Shown: positions 8,505-17,742 of the stretch, one piece after another
Layout of the letters: every line of letters starts with the position of its first letter
Position numbering within the stretch: position 1 is the first letter of the stretch
IMG/VR virus record: IMGVR_UViG_3300027806_000003
Coordinates: 1 to 64,000 of that record
Reading direction: 5' to 3' (one strand)
From: a virus
Length of the DNA: 64,000 bases
Program-made: the position numbers and the translations under genes
Notes under the pieces: model-generated
Databases searched by the model: none
Told to the model about the DNA's origin: nothing
The model's input: only the letters and a program-made list of their open reading frames with translations

Positions 8505-9166
8505 ACCAGCCCCAGCTGCTGCTCCCTGCCCAGCGCCGCGCCGCTGGTGTCCTCAAGGGCCGCTCGCAGGTGCCGCAGCAGCCTGTGCGTCGCGGCCCGG
8601 GCCGCCTCCTGCGGGCTTGAGGCGTGCTCCTGGGCCGCATCGCGGCAGATCGCCTCGGCCGCCTGAGCCAAAGGCGATTGGCCCGCGGCAAAGAGCGGGT
8701 CATCGAGCATTTGGCCGATGATCGCCGCCGCCGCGGCCCGGTCCCTGGCCTTGCGCGCACCCAGCGTCGTCGGCCCGGCCTCGAGCCCGACCAGCCGCAC
8801 AAACGCGTCCTGCAGTTCCTGGGCCGTGACCAGTCCGAGCAACCTCTCGGCCAGCTCGCCAAGGGCCTCGGGGCTGTCGCCGGTGGCCCACGGCTTGCCG
8901 CCGTTGACCTGCGCGTCGCACATCTTCCCCGCCACGGCCACCCGCGCGGCCATGAGCGTCAGGTTGTGGTCGGCGCGGCTTCTGGACGGCCCGGCCGCCC
9001 CGGCCCCGGCGCCCTTGCGGACCGCCGCCGCGTCGTAGATCGCCCCCACGGCGTTCTCGACCGCCGCCACATCGCGGGCGCTCAGCCCGCTGAGCACCAC
9101 CGAGCACCCGCCGATCGGCACCGCCTCGCTGGCCATCGCCCGCGCAAATCCCGCCAAACTGAACAT
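8495..9166 (-). CDS. Tail assembly chaperone (gpG-like)
   Basis: Follows tail tube gene; AAAGGA RBS; ends at slippery site GGA AAC TGA. Confidence 0.75.
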   Translation of the reverse strand: MFSLAGFARAMASEAVPIGGCSVVLSGLSARDVAAVENAVGAIYDAAAVRKGAGAGAAGPSRSRADHNLTLMAARVAVAGKMCDAQVNGGKPWATGDSPEALGELAERLLGLVTAQELQDAFVRLVGLEAGPTTLGARKARDRAAAAAIIGQMLDDPLFAAGQSPLAQAAEAICRDAAQEHASSPQEAARAATHRLLRHLRAALEDTSGAALGREQQLGLVGN

Positions 9167-9184
9167 CGCGCCCATTCCTTTCCG

Positions 9185-9231
9185 CTTTGCCCTTTGCTGC
9201 TTTGCTGCTTTGCCCTTTGCCCTTTGCCCTT
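9185..9231 (+). repeat. CTTTGCC/CTTTGCTG 7-8-mer tandem array
   Basis: Seen directly, intergenic. Confidence 0.85.
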
Positions 9232-9243
9232 CCCACCCCCCCC

Positions 9244-9738
9244 TTACGCCGTCGCGTCCCAAGCGTCCTCGATCGCGGGCATGTTCTTGCACCGGATCGT
9301 CAGCGTCCAGGTGTCGTGGCTGTCGGTAGAGCTGCTCAGCACCGCGTTGGTCACGCGCGAGCGTGCGAAGGTCTGCGTCACGCCCGAGGTTGCGCCGAAG
9401 TACGCCAAGCGCGTGATGCGGAGGTCCACCTCCGAGCGCAGGCCCGCGGCGGTGTGGGCCGGGCGCAGGGCCGCCACGGCGTTGTCGGTCCCGCTGAAGG
9501 TGCCCGTGGTGACCTTGATCACCAGCGTCAGCTCCCCTTCCTGCTGGCCGAGCACGTAGGTGCTGCCAAGCACGCCGTACTGCTCATCGGTGTACTCGCG
9601 CGGGCCGGGCTCGGTGATCTGCAGGCTCTGCGGCACCACGCCGAGGATCTCCTCGAACGTGCCCGAGCCCGCGGGCTTGATCTCGACCTTGCCGCCGGAG
9701 TTAAAGTGCGTGTTGTTGCCCGAGTTCTTGGCCGCCAT
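9244..9738 (-). CDS. Major tail tube protein (putative)
   Basis: 164 aa, beta-rich, upstream of frameshifting chaperone; GGAG RBS. Confidence 0.65.
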   Translation of the reverse strand: MAAKNSGNNTHFNSGGKVEIKPAGSGTFEEILGVVPQSLQITEPGPREYTDEQYGVLGSTYVLGQQEGELTLVIKVTTGTFSGTDNAVAALRPAHTAAGLRSEVDLRITRLAYFGATSGVTQTFARSRVTNAVLSSSTDSHDTWTLTIRCKNMPAIEDAWDATA

Positions 9739-9749
9739 GGTTCATGCTC

Positions 9750-9838
9750 CTTTGTTTGCTGCTCTGCCCTTTGCTGCTCTGCCCTTTGCTGCTCTGGCCT
9801 TTGCCGATTTGCTGCTTTGCCCTTTGCTGCTTTGGCCT
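9750..9838 (+). repeat. TTTGCTGC/TCTGCCC tandem array (~11 units)
   Basis: Seen directly, fills the intergenic space. Confidence 0.85.
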
Positions 9839-9848
9839 CTCGGCCCGC

Positions 9849-10427
9849 TCATCCCACCTGGAACGCCGCCTGAATCACCGTCACCTCCGTCAGCCCCGCC
9901 CGGTCGTGCGCATCGGCGACCGTCGCCCGCACGCACGAGGCCACGGCAAAGTCCGCCGCGGGCACGGGGGGCTGTCTGCTTGAGCCCATGGCCAGCAGCG
10001 CCCGCAGCAGCGTCTGCACCGCCTGCGGGTGCCGCCACGCGCTGCGCTGCTGCTGGTTCTGGCTCTCAGCGGGCGAGCCTCCGCTGCGTCCGCTGGGCGT
10101 CACAACCTCGAGCTCGACCGTCACCTCGCTCATGCTCACGTTGACATTGCCCTGCGCATCGGGCGGCGTGGCCCCGTGCCGCGTGGCGGTGTACGAAACG
10201 CCGTTGATCCTGATCCACGAGCCGGGGATCGGCGCCGCTCCCTCGTGGTCCTGGTCCGACGGATCGCCATCACCAACATCCGCATCAGGGTCCGGCTGGC
10301 ATCCGATCAGGGGCAGGTACTCGGCAAAGACCTCCTCGGGGTGCCCGGCGTTGGCCAGCACCTTGGCCGTAGCCATGAGATATTCCACCAGCGCCTTGTA
10401 GAGTCCGGCGTGATCCATCATCGCCAT
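9849..10427 (-). CDS. Putative tail terminator
   Basis: Position before tail tube gene; AAAGGA RBS. Confidence 0.5.
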   Translation of the reverse strand: MAMMDHAGLYKALVEYLMATAKVLANAGHPEEVFAEYLPLIGCQPDPDADVGDGDPSDQDHEGAAPIPGSWIRINGVSYTATRHGATPPDAQGNVNVSMSEVTVELEVVTPSGRSGGSPAESQNQQQRSAWRHPQAVQTLLRALLAMGSSRQPPVPAADFAVASCVRATVADAHDRAGLTEVTVIQAAFQVG

Positions 10428-10445
10428 CGCGTGCGTCCTTTGCTT

Positions 10446-10835
10446 TTACCCGGCCTTGGGCCCGGTGGTTGAGAGCACCAGAAACTTGCCGTCGCTGACG
10501 CTCCTGGCGTCGGCGATGTGCCGCGTGATATCACCGTCGATCAGCGTCCACCCTCGCTCGGGCCGGTACTGCGTGCCGTCCTGGTTCAGGTCGGCCAGCA
10601 GCACCGTGTACTCGATCGTCGAGCTCCTGCGCGACGCCCCGCCCATGCCGCCGCCGGCATAGATCAGGCTCTCCTCTCCCCGCACCGCCTGCACGCTCAG
10701 GCTCACGTCGGTCCCGCCGATCGTGCCCTGCTCGATGTTCATCCGCCCGCTGGCGATGCGCCCCTTGAGCGTGACGGTCCGCCCCAGTACCGCCGCCACC
10801 TCCCCGCGCAGATACGCCGCCAGTTGAGCATCCAA
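10446..10835 (-). CDS. Putative head closure/head-tail adaptor
   Basis: GAAGGAG + TTG; beta-rich ~130 aa ending PERGWTLIDG..RHI, similar in style to FII-like proteins. Confidence 0.55.
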   Translation of the reverse strand: MDAQLAAYLRGEVAAVLGRTVTLKGRIASGRMNIEQGTIGGTDVSLSVQAVRGEESLIYAGGGMGGASRRSSTIEYTVLLADLNQDGTQYRPERGWTLIDGDITRHIADARSVSDGKFLVLSTTGPKAG

Positions 10836-10852
10836 GCGCGACTCCTTCCCAC

Positions 10853-10891
10853 GCCACTGCGCCACTCTGCCACTGCGCCACTCCGCCACTT
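10853..10891 (+). repeat. GCCACT(GC/CT/CC) octamer array
   Basis: 5 units; also at 11623-11661, 14101-14136, 38673-38704. Confidence 0.85.
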
Positions 10892-10898
10892 CCCCGCG

Positions 10899-11528
10899 TC
10901 ACACGCTCCCCACCTCCACCGCCACCGCCGCCGCCGTGCTGCCGCTGGCCGCGGCGAAGGCCTCGACCAGCAGCGCCTCGGCGCCGCTGGGCGCGGGCAG
11001 GATCAGCGCCGCGGGCGTGGTCAACTCCAGCCCAGTGCCGCCTGCCGCGGGGTCGATCGCCACCGGCGAGCCGCGGCCCATCGCCGCCAGGTCCGCCTGG
11101 TACTCGGGCGACGGCGCAAAGTCGATGAACTTGGCCCATCGGTATGAGTTTGGGATTTGCCCATCTCCGCCGCTGGCACCGACCAGCACGGTCCCCGTGG
11201 TCACCGTCGCGGTGCCCAAAAGGCTGATCGTTCCGTCTCGGCCACCGGCGGCCGCTGGTCCGGCCCGCTGCTGAATGGCCCAGATCGCCACACGCACGCC
11301 CGTGTCGTTCACGCCGTCCATCGCCGCGCGAACTTTGAGCATCGCCCGCGGCCCCTCGGGCCCGTTGCGGTCGATGTCCACGCGCCGCACCTGCCGCGCT
11401 CCGCCCGCGTTGGCCGGCATCAGCGCCGCCAGCACATCCTGCCGCGTCACATCACCGATCTGCCGCGGCGTCAGCGCCGCCGCCGTATCGGCCGCCAGCA
11501 CGTTGCCCACAATCGCCACCCTGTTCAT
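10899..11528 (-). CDS. Hypothetical virion-associated protein
   Basis: GGAG RBS, MNRVAIVGNV..; 209 aa in late operon. Confidence 0.65.
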   Translation of the reverse strand: MNRVAIVGNVLAADTAAALTPRQIGDVTRQDVLAALMPANAGGARQVRRVDIDRNGPEGPRAMLKVRAAMDGVNDTGVRVAIWAIQQRAGPAAAGGRDGTISLLGTATVTTGTVLVGASGGDGQIPNSYRWAKFIDFAPSPEYQADLAAMGRGSPVAIDPAAGGTGLELTTPAALILPAPSGAEALLVEAFAAASGSTAAAVAVEVGSV

Positions 11529-11670
11529 GGTCGCTCCGTTTCTGTTTTCGCTCCTCCCCCTGTTCCTACCGGGGGAGGTGCGGCGTCTTCGCCGCGGAGG
11601 GGGTGCCTCCGCCTTTGCCTCTGCCACTCCGCCACTGCGCCACTCTGCCACTGTGCCACTTCCCGCCCCG

Positions 11671-13896
11671 TCACTGCCTCCCCGGCGCCCGCCTCGGCAC
11701 GCTCGGCCCGATCCACGCCATATCCGCCGGCCTCCCGTCAAGGTCCACCCCGGGCCTCAGCCATCGGATGTACGGCACACCGCCGCGCACAAACGTGCTG
11801 CCGGTGATGAACGGGCTGCCCAGCAGCGTCGGCGATCGTGTGTTGTTGATCCCGAAGAACTCGTTGGTCCCGGCGGAGATGATGTTGTCGATGTCTCGAT
11901 TGCCGAAGTACCCGTTGAACTCCTGGCCGCCCGTGCCGCCGACGGCCGGTGCGCGGTTGCGGATCATCGTCCCGTTGGTGTCCACGCTCAGCGCGTACAC
12001 CCCTTCAAAGGTAAAGGCCGTGTTGGTCGCCGTCACGCGCTCAAAGAGCCCCGCGCTGGTCCGCTGCCTCAGCAGCAGGTGCATGCTCTGGTTGCGGTGG
12101 CCTTTGAACGTCACGGCGCAGTGGCTGAAGATGATCGCCGGATCACCGCCCGGCGTGGTGCCGACGGTGAATGCGGCAAAGAACGTGTCGGCCGTTCCGG
12201 TCCGCGTGCGAAAGTCCAGCGCGATCTCGCAGGCCAGGTAGAGCACATTGTTCGTGCTCCCGCCGGCAAAGCTCGCCAGGACCGATGCGGGCGACGGGGC
12301 CATGCTCGCGGCGATGCGGCTGCTGACAAAGGCCGTGTCGGTGGTGGTGATCAGCGCCGCCAGCGGCCCGGGTGGCTGGGTGCTCTGGATCACGCGGCTC
12401 CGCCAGCTCGTGGCCAGTTCGGGGTTCGGCCGCGCCGCGTTGCCGCGCGGGTCGCTCCCGCCGATGGCCACGAACGATCCACCCGCCGCCATGGCCTCGG
12501 TGTCGATGCGGCAGCGGTAGATGATGGACAGGTCCGGCCCCGGTGCCGATGCGCCCGCGTGGCTGTACCAGCCGTAGGCCACGCCGATCGGCGCCGCGGT
12601 CGTGCCCGTGCCGCTGCTGCCCCCGCCGTTGACGCTCATCAGGTTTCCGAAGCCCAGCCGCTCATCGGCGTAGATCACCTCATTGCGTCCGCCCTCGGTG
12701 TAGCAGACGGCGGTGGTGCTGTTGCCGGTCTGGTCGCCCTGCGTCCAGCCCGAGAAGTTGCCCTGCCAGAGCGTGGTTCCCCCGGTCAGTCCCGCGCTGG
12801 TCACAAGCTGCCCGTAGGCGTGGTGCCCGGTGTAGGCCGCGATGGAGTTTGTCACCGCCGCCACGTTGTTCTGGTGATGCGTCAGGTGTATGGCGTAGGC
12901 CTGGCTCACGCCGTCGGGTCTGTTCATCCCCCAGCCGATCGCCGCGATCGAGTCGATGCGCACGTTGTTGACGTTGCTCGTGCTGATCCCGCGCGTGGTG
13001 CTCACCACCGCTTCCACGCGGCTGTTCGTCGCCCAGTTGGTGGCCCGGGCCGCCCGCGGCCGCACAAAGAGCCGCTGGTTGGTCGTGTCGTACACGGCGC
13101 TGTCCTGCCCCGCGTCGGCCTGCATCGCCGTCAGCGCCGTATCGAGCGTGGTCCCCGCGGCCAGCCGCCCGTACCAGCGGATCGTGTTTGTGCCCAAGCC
13201 GTACGCGCGGCCGTCGACCGGGTCGGTCTCGGCGTAGAGCACGTGGTACACCACATTGCTCTCGGTCCGGTGCCAGATCGCCGTGTACGCCGCGTTGATC
13301 GCGGTGCTGGCGGTCCAGTCGCCGGAGTAGGGGGCCAGCGTGCCGCGCAGTTGCGGCAGCCGTGCGCGGTCGCCCGCGGTGTGGGTGCCGGCCGTCAGCG
13401 CCGGGTCGATGTACGAGGAGAAACTGAAGTTGTCAACCGCCGGCAGATCGATCTGCGAGCCGGCCAGGTTGCCCGTGTCCACGCGCAGCGTATCGCCGCG
13501 GCGCAGGTACCAGGTCCAGTTCGGCCCGCTGGTCACGCTGGCCATCAGCGACCGCAGGTCGGCCGTGTGCCGCACCCCGTAGGCCGTCGCGGGCGTGAGC
13601 CCATCGCGGCCGCCGCCGCTGATCGCCCCGGTGGCCGAGCCGTTGGCATCGAATCGCACAAACCGCACCGAGCGCCCGGGAGCCGTGATCGGCGTCCGCC
13701 GCAGGATCAGCTCGATCGCCGCCTCAACGTAGTCCAGCTCAGCCACGGTCCCCGGCGCAGGCGGCGCACCGAGCGTCCCGATCACCAGCCGATTCTGCGC
13801 CGCCGCCGAAGGCACCAGCAGCACGAACACCATCGCCGCCGCGAACACCACCAGCGACACCACCGCCGCCGTCAGATTGCGCAGAACAGTCCGCAT
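11671..13896 (-). CDS. Large secreted beta-helix-like (pectin-lyase-fold-like) protein with Sec signal peptide
   Basis: MRTVLRNLTAAVVSLVVFAAAMVFVLLVPSAAA|Q; YLRRGD, RGISTSNVNNVRIDSI, YTGHHAYG; homologous to 56315-58447. Confidence 0.7.
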   Translation of the reverse strand: MRTVLRNLTAAVVSLVVFAAAMVFVLLVPSAAAQNRLVIGTLGAPPAPGTVAELDYVEAAIELILRRTPITAPGRSVRFVRFDANGSATGAISGGGRDGLTPATAYGVRHTADLRSLMASVTSGPNWTWYLRRGDTLRVDTGNLAGSQIDLPAVDNFSFSSYIDPALTAGTHTAGDRARLPQLRGTLAPYSGDWTASTAINAAYTAIWHRTESNVVYHVLYAETDPVDGRAYGLGTNTIRWYGRLAAGTTLDTALTAMQADAGQDSAVYDTTNQRLFVRPRAARATNWATNSRVEAVVSTTRGISTSNVNNVRIDSIAAIGWGMNRPDGVSQAYAIHLTHHQNNVAAVTNSIAAYTGHHAYGQLVTSAGLTGGTTLWQGNFSGWTQGDQTGNSTTAVCYTEGGRNEVIYADERLGFGNLMSVNGGGSSGTGTTAAPIGVAYGWYSHAGASAPGPDLSIIYRCRIDTEAMAAGGSFVAIGGSDPRGNAARPNPELATSWRSRVIQSTQPPGPLAALITTTDTAFVSSRIAASMAPSPASVLASFAGGSTNNVLYLACEIALDFRTRTGTADTFFAAFTVGTTPGGDPAIIFSHCAVTFKGHRNQSMHLLLRQRTSAGLFERVTATNTAFTFEGVYALSVDTNGTMIRNRAPAVGGTGGQEFNGYFGNRDIDNIISAGTNEFFGINNTRSPTLLGSPFITGSTFVRGGVPYIRWLRPGVDLDGRPADMAWIGPSVPRRAPGRQ

Positions 13897-13910
13897 CGAG
13901 CACACCTCGG

Positions 13911-14136
13911 AAATGGTCAAATGTCCAAATCAGAACCGGCCATCGGCCCCCGGCCATCGGCCATCGGCCCCCGGCTCTTCAAGCTCCTCCCCCGCCAACT
14001 GTGAGATTGGCCACCGGGGGAGGTGCCGCGCGCCACCTGTCATCCAGTCCGCGGAGGGGGCGTCTCCCTTTGCCGCTTTGCCCTTTGCTGTTTTTCCCTC
14101 TGCCACTCTGCCACTGCGCCACTGCGTCACTCTGCC
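13911..14136 (+). repeat. Composite repeat cluster (reverse octamers, CGGCCAT heptamers, family-2 element, two octamer arrays)
   Basis: Five repeat types concatenated in one intergenic region. Confidence 0.85.
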
Positions 14137-14432
14137 TTCAGATACCGCTCATTCCTCTCCGCCCGTCCTTCCATTCGGCCGAGCCTCTCCCGCACCGCCG
14201 TCAGGTCATCGCTGACCTTCTGCAGCTTGGTCTCAACGGCCTTGAGTGTCGTGCTGATCGACTCGAGCTCGCGTTCGCTGGTGGCGCTGGTCTGCCCGCC
14301 CTGGCCGAGCACCGACGGGATCTGCCCGCCGCCGATCCCCAGCGCCGCCGCGATACACATCAAGAGCACGGCCTGCGGCACCTTCAGCACCACCGCCGGC
14401 TTCTCCTGATGGCTCTTCCCGCTGATCGTCAT
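14127..14432 (-). CDS. Small TM + coiled-coil protein, holin/XhlA-like candidate
   Basis: GGAGG RBS; VLLMCIAAALGIGGG then heptad coil ending ERLGRMEG; start uncertain (14432-14447). Confidence 0.55.
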   Translation of the reverse strand: MTISGKSHQEKPAVVLKVPQAVLLMCIAAALGIGGGQIPSVLGQGGQTSATSERELESISTTLKAVETKLQKVSDDLTAVRERLGRMEGRAERNERYLKAE

Positions 14433-14453
14433 CGCCATCCTCCGCATGTTGTA

Positions 14454-14556
14454 TTCGGCCCCAACGGGGCCGAGGTGTGTAGCCACGGGTGCATCGCAGC
14501 GCAACCCGTGGATGTCTCATCACGCTTGGTCCTGCCCCGGCAGGGGCAGAGGAATC
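14454..14556 (+). repeat. Family-1 REP-like element (GTAG-type)
   Basis: TTCGGCCCC-n2/3-GGGGCCG..TGTAGCCACGGGT..AACCCGTGG..CTGCCCC-n3-GGGGCAGAGGA; copies at 22616, 23849, 24994, 39180, 40660, 41798. Confidence 0.85.
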
Positions 14557-15160
14557 ACGGCGCGCCCGCGGCCGTGCGGATCGCCTGGCCGAGCACATCA
14601 CCGATCATCTGGCCGACTTCGCCCTGGGCCTTGAGCTGCTCGATCACCAGCGCCCGCTGGTCCTCGCTGAGCTTGACCCAGTAGGCCACGAGCCGGTCAT
14701 AAGCCTCGTTGCTGGCCCTGGTCGGCTCGCTGGCCGTGGTTGTCAGCGCAAAGCCCTTCAGGTCGATGATCCCGGTTTTGGGGTCCACCTTGGCGTTGTC
14801 GGCCCTGATGTTGATGTCCGTGCCGCTGGCCACGTTGCCGATGAGCGTGCCATCGGGGAGCCTTCGCGTGTACAGCGTGCGCTGGGTCTGGTTTTGCGCC
14901 CACCAGCGGGCTTCCTGGTCGTTGACCACGGCGTATCCGGCCGGGCCGGTGCCGGTGGATTGGAGCGTCTCGCGTCCATCGGGCTCGAACACCCCGCCGA
15001 TGGTGATGGGGCTTGAGTTTTCAACGCGTCCGGTGGCCGCGTCGATCTGCGCCCGCGTCCCCGGCGCCACCGCCGTCTGCACGCACGCGGGCAGAATCAT
15101 CGCCGCCGCGGCGATCATCATCAGGGCCAAGGCCATCATCATCATCCTGACATTGCTCAT
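14555..15160 (-). CDS. Lipoprotein, possible lysis (spanin-like) component
   Basis: AAAGGA RBS; hydrophobic signal ending in lipobox LPAC. Confidence 0.65.
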   Translation of the reverse strand: MSNVRMMMMALALMMIAAAAMILPACVQTAVAPGTRAQIDAATGRVENSSPITIGGVFEPDGRETLQSTGTGPAGYAVVNDQEARWWAQNQTQRTLYTRRLPDGTLIGNVASGTDINIRADNAKVDPKTGIIDLKGFALTTTASEPTRASNEAYDRLVAYWVKLSEDQRALVIEQLKAQGEVGQMIGDVLGQAIRTAAGAP

Positions 15161-15193
15161 GGCATGTTCCTTTGCGTTGCTGCCAGAATCAAC

Positions 15194-15230
15194 AAAAGGG
15201 CGGCGTCGGCATGGAGCCGGACGCCACCCC
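15194..15230 (-). terminator. Putative intrinsic terminator after major capsid gene
   Basis: Minus strand GGGGTGGCGTC-CGGC..GCCG-ACGCCGCCC-TTTTG. Confidence 0.6.
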
Positions 15231-15236
15231 GTGGGG

Positions 15237-15293
15237 GGTGCAGAAGTGGTCGGTGCAGAAGTGGTCGGTGCAGAAGTGGTTGGTGCAGAAGTT
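15237..15293 (+). repeat. 15-bp tandem repeat GGTGCAGAAGTGGTC (~3.8 copies)
   Basis: Seen directly between capsid stop and terminator. Confidence 0.9.
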
Positions 15294-15309
15294 GCAGATG
15301 CGGCCCGAT

Positions 15310-16344
15310 TTACTCGGCCGCCATCACACCCTTGATGTTGAACGACGCCTCGATGTTCATCGCCAGCGGCAGAGCCGTCTGCATCGCGCCGATCAGGCGG
15401 TTGTGGGCGCCCTCGAATCGCTCGTACATCACCACCGACATGCCAAGGATGTCCTGGCTGCCCAGCGAATCGCCGCCCACGGGCGCGTTTTGGTTCAGGT
15501 GGATCAGCGTGCGGCCGAACTGCGGCTCAGCGCCGAAGGAGTCGGGGCTCACGTTTGTGGGCGTGTACGTCAGCAGCGCGTACTGGCGATCCCAGACGCG
15601 GCGGTTGACCGGCGACAGTCCGCGGCTGGCGTTGTTGCGGAGCATGCCCGCGATGTTCACGCGATCCACGCGGAAGATCTCGGCCATCTGCTCGGCCGTC
15701 AGCCGCGTGGGGTTGCGTCCGGCGTTGCCACCGGCAAACGTCGCCCTCACGGCGGTGTTGAGGCTGATCGGGCGGACAAGGTCCTGGCTGATCGTCAGCG
15801 TGTTGGGGCGGATGCCGCCGCTGGCCTTCTCGGCGGTGTCCAGACCGGTCAGGATCGTGCCGATGATGTCCGCGGCCGGATCGGTCCAGGCCGTGCCGAC
15901 GGTCACGCCCGTGGTTCCCGACGGCGGGAAGTTCGTGTCGTTGTTCAGGTACGCGCAGGTGTTCTGCTCGTAGGCCCGGACCACGTGCAGCGCGGTCAGT
16001 TCGGCGGCCTGCCGCTCGGCCTGATCGCGGATGCGCTCAGTCTGGCCGCGCAACTTGGTTTCGTCAAGGGCCAGCTCGAGGTTGTACTCCTCAAGGTCGT
16101 AGGACAGGAACTCCTGCGCACCCTCGATGCGGATGGCGCTGCCGCCGTATCCGCGCTTGGCGCTGCTGATGCCCTGGCTGTACACGGCCGTGGGCGTGAT
16201 CGGGATCTGCCCGTTGGTGTTCTCGACCACCAGCGCGGGGAAGATCGACAGCGCGACCGCGCCCTGCGTCAGCAGGCTGTACTTGCGGATCTCACCGTCA
16301 AGGTCGGGGCGGATCAGGCCGCCGTTTGCGGGGACAAATGCCAT
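15310..16344 (-). CDS. Major capsid protein (lambda gpE-like)
   Basis: 344 aa after protease and decoration genes; AWTDPAADII..GIRPNTLTIS..PQFGRT motifs. Confidence 0.85.
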   Translation of the reverse strand: MAFVPANGGLIRPDLDGEIRKYSLLTQGAVALSIFPALVVENTNGQIPITPTAVYSQGISSAKRGYGGSAIRIEGAQEFLSYDLEEYNLELALDETKLRGQTERIRDQAERQAAELTALHVVRAYEQNTCAYLNNDTNFPPSGTTGVTVGTAWTDPAADIIGTILTGLDTAEKASGGIRPNTLTISQDLVRPISLNTAVRATFAGGNAGRNPTRLTAEQMAEIFRVDRVNIAGMLRNNASRGLSPVNRRVWDRQYALLTYTPTNVSPDSFGAEPQFGRTLIHLNQNAPVGGDSLGSQDILGMSVVMYERFEGAHNRLIGAMQTALPLAMNIEASFNIKGVMAAE

Positions 16345-16415
16345 GGTCAGAGTCCTTTCTTGTTCGTTCTACCCGCACCGGCGGGCCGTTGTGTTCTTCG
16401 CGTCATATCGGGCAC

Positions 16416-16451
16416 GGCCGCGGGGACGCCGTCCTTGGCGTCCCCGCGGCC
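16416..16451. other. Perfect 15-bp hairpin upstream of capsid gene
   Basis: GGCCGCGGGGACGCC-gtcctt-GGCGTCCCCGCGGCC. Confidence 0.7.
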
Positions 16452-16473
16452 CCTGATGGGTCGTGGGTTGTTC

Positions 16474-17046
16474 TCAGTGCTGGATGATCAGCACTTCGTC
16501 GGTCGCCGCCAGCGTGCCAGCGGCGATGGTCACGTTGTTGCCGCTGGTCGTGACCGTCAGCGCGCCGCGATCCAGGCCCGCGTTGCTGCGCACCTGCACC
16601 TGCAAGCGCGTGCGGTTGGTCGGCTGGCCGACGTTGATCGTCACGCTGTTGGCCGCCGCGCCCGTGGCCGGACCGGCGTACAGGGTCGTGCGTCCGTCGT
16701 TGTCGAAGAGGATCGCCTCGATCTGCGCGTTGTCGCCGCTGGCCGTCTGCAGGGCAAGGCCGATGGCATCGCCGGTCGGCGTGGCGGTCACCTTGCCCGC
16801 GGCGTCGGGGTAGATCAGGCTCAGCGCCGTGATCGAGCCCGAGGCGGTCACCAGCGTTGCGCCGGGCACGCTGCGCGGCCAGAGGTCACCGGCCGCGCCC
16901 GCGGCGATCGTCGGTCCGATGTTGATCCCGTGCGGCACCTGGCCGGCACCGTTGAGGGTGATCGTCCCCGCCGCGCTGATGCGGCCCAGGCGAAACTGCG
17001 GGATGGCCACGGCGGCCGTTCCCTTGATCGTGTCGGTCACGTTCAT
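16474..17046 (-). CDS. Capsid decoration/cement protein (DUF2190-like)
   Basis: ASGSITA..IYPDAAGKV..IGLALQTASGD..IEA pattern, with C-terminal extension. Confidence 0.7.
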   Translation of the reverse strand: MNVTDTIKGTAAVAIPQFRLGRISAAGTITLNGAGQVPHGINIGPTIAAGAAGDLWPRSVPGATLVTASGSITALSLIYPDAAGKVTATPTGDAIGLALQTASGDNAQIEAILFDNDGRTTLYAGPATGAAANSVTINVGQPTNRTRLQVQVRSNAGLDRGALTVTTSGNNVTIAAGTLAATDEVLIIQH

Positions 17047-17169
17047 GCGATTCCTTTCCTTCTCGTGTGTGCGTGTGCGGCGACCGGTCCCGTGCCGCCT
17101 CTGGGGCCGTGGCCGGTGCCGTTGAATGTCGTTGCCCGTTTCTTAAAGGCTCTTGCCGCTCGGCCTTGG

Positions 17170-17742
17170 TCAGCCGATGAGTTCCTGCTGCAACCGCGTC
17201 AGGGCGGCGGGACCGAGCAGCCGATACCCGGCCGCGTCGACCTTCTTGGCCTCAGCGCAGGCGGCGGCAAAGTCGGCCTTCTTGGCGTACGCCGTGCGGA
17301 TGAGGCCTTCGGCCCGCTCGGTCGTCCCCTTGGCGTGCTCATGGCCATCGCCCCCCACGCCGCCGCTGGCGTTGCCCTGCGGGCCCTGGCCATCCTTGGC
17401 CAGGCTCAAGGGCGATCCATGCCCCTGGGCGGCGGTCGATGCGGCCTTCTTCACCCCCGCGTCGATCTTGCTCTGCAGCTCCGCGTTCTTGGCCTGCGCC
17501 GCCTTGAGCCGCTCACCGAGCACATCGGCAAAGGCCGCCTTGGCCTGGCTCATCGTCGCGCCGCGCTCCGCCTGGCCGAGCACAAACTCCGCCTCGCCCG
17601 CAAACGCGCTCTTGAGTTCGCCGATGCTCGCGGGCTTGTCCTGTGCCGCGGCGGGCGCGTTCTTGACCGCATCGGCCTGAATCTGGCCGATGAGCTCTTC
17701 GCCGCCGTCGAGCTTCTTGAGTCCTTCCAGTGTGATCGCCAT
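17170..17742 (-). CDS. Nested in-frame scaffold protein (Nu3-like)
   Basis: Strong internal RBS AGGAAAGGA before ATG 17742; Ala/Lys-rich coil; matches the lambda C/Nu3 arrangement. Confidence 0.65.
   Translation of the reverse strand: MAITLEGLKKLDGGEELIGQIQADAVKNAPAAAQDKPASIGELKSAFAGEAEFVLGQAERGATMSQAKAAFADVLGERLKAAQAKNAELQSKIDAGVKKAASTAAQGHGSPLSLAKDGQGPQGNASGGVGGDGHEHAKGTTERAEGLIRTAYAKKADFAAACAEAKKVDAAGYRLLGPAALTRLQQELIG

Noticed and set aside
8495-9292. Extended N-termini in the ORF track (e.g. KGKAAKQQRAK, AEWRSGRVAQW, MVKWSNGQ)
   Set aside because: These are translations of intergenic octamer arrays; better RBS-linked starts lie downstream
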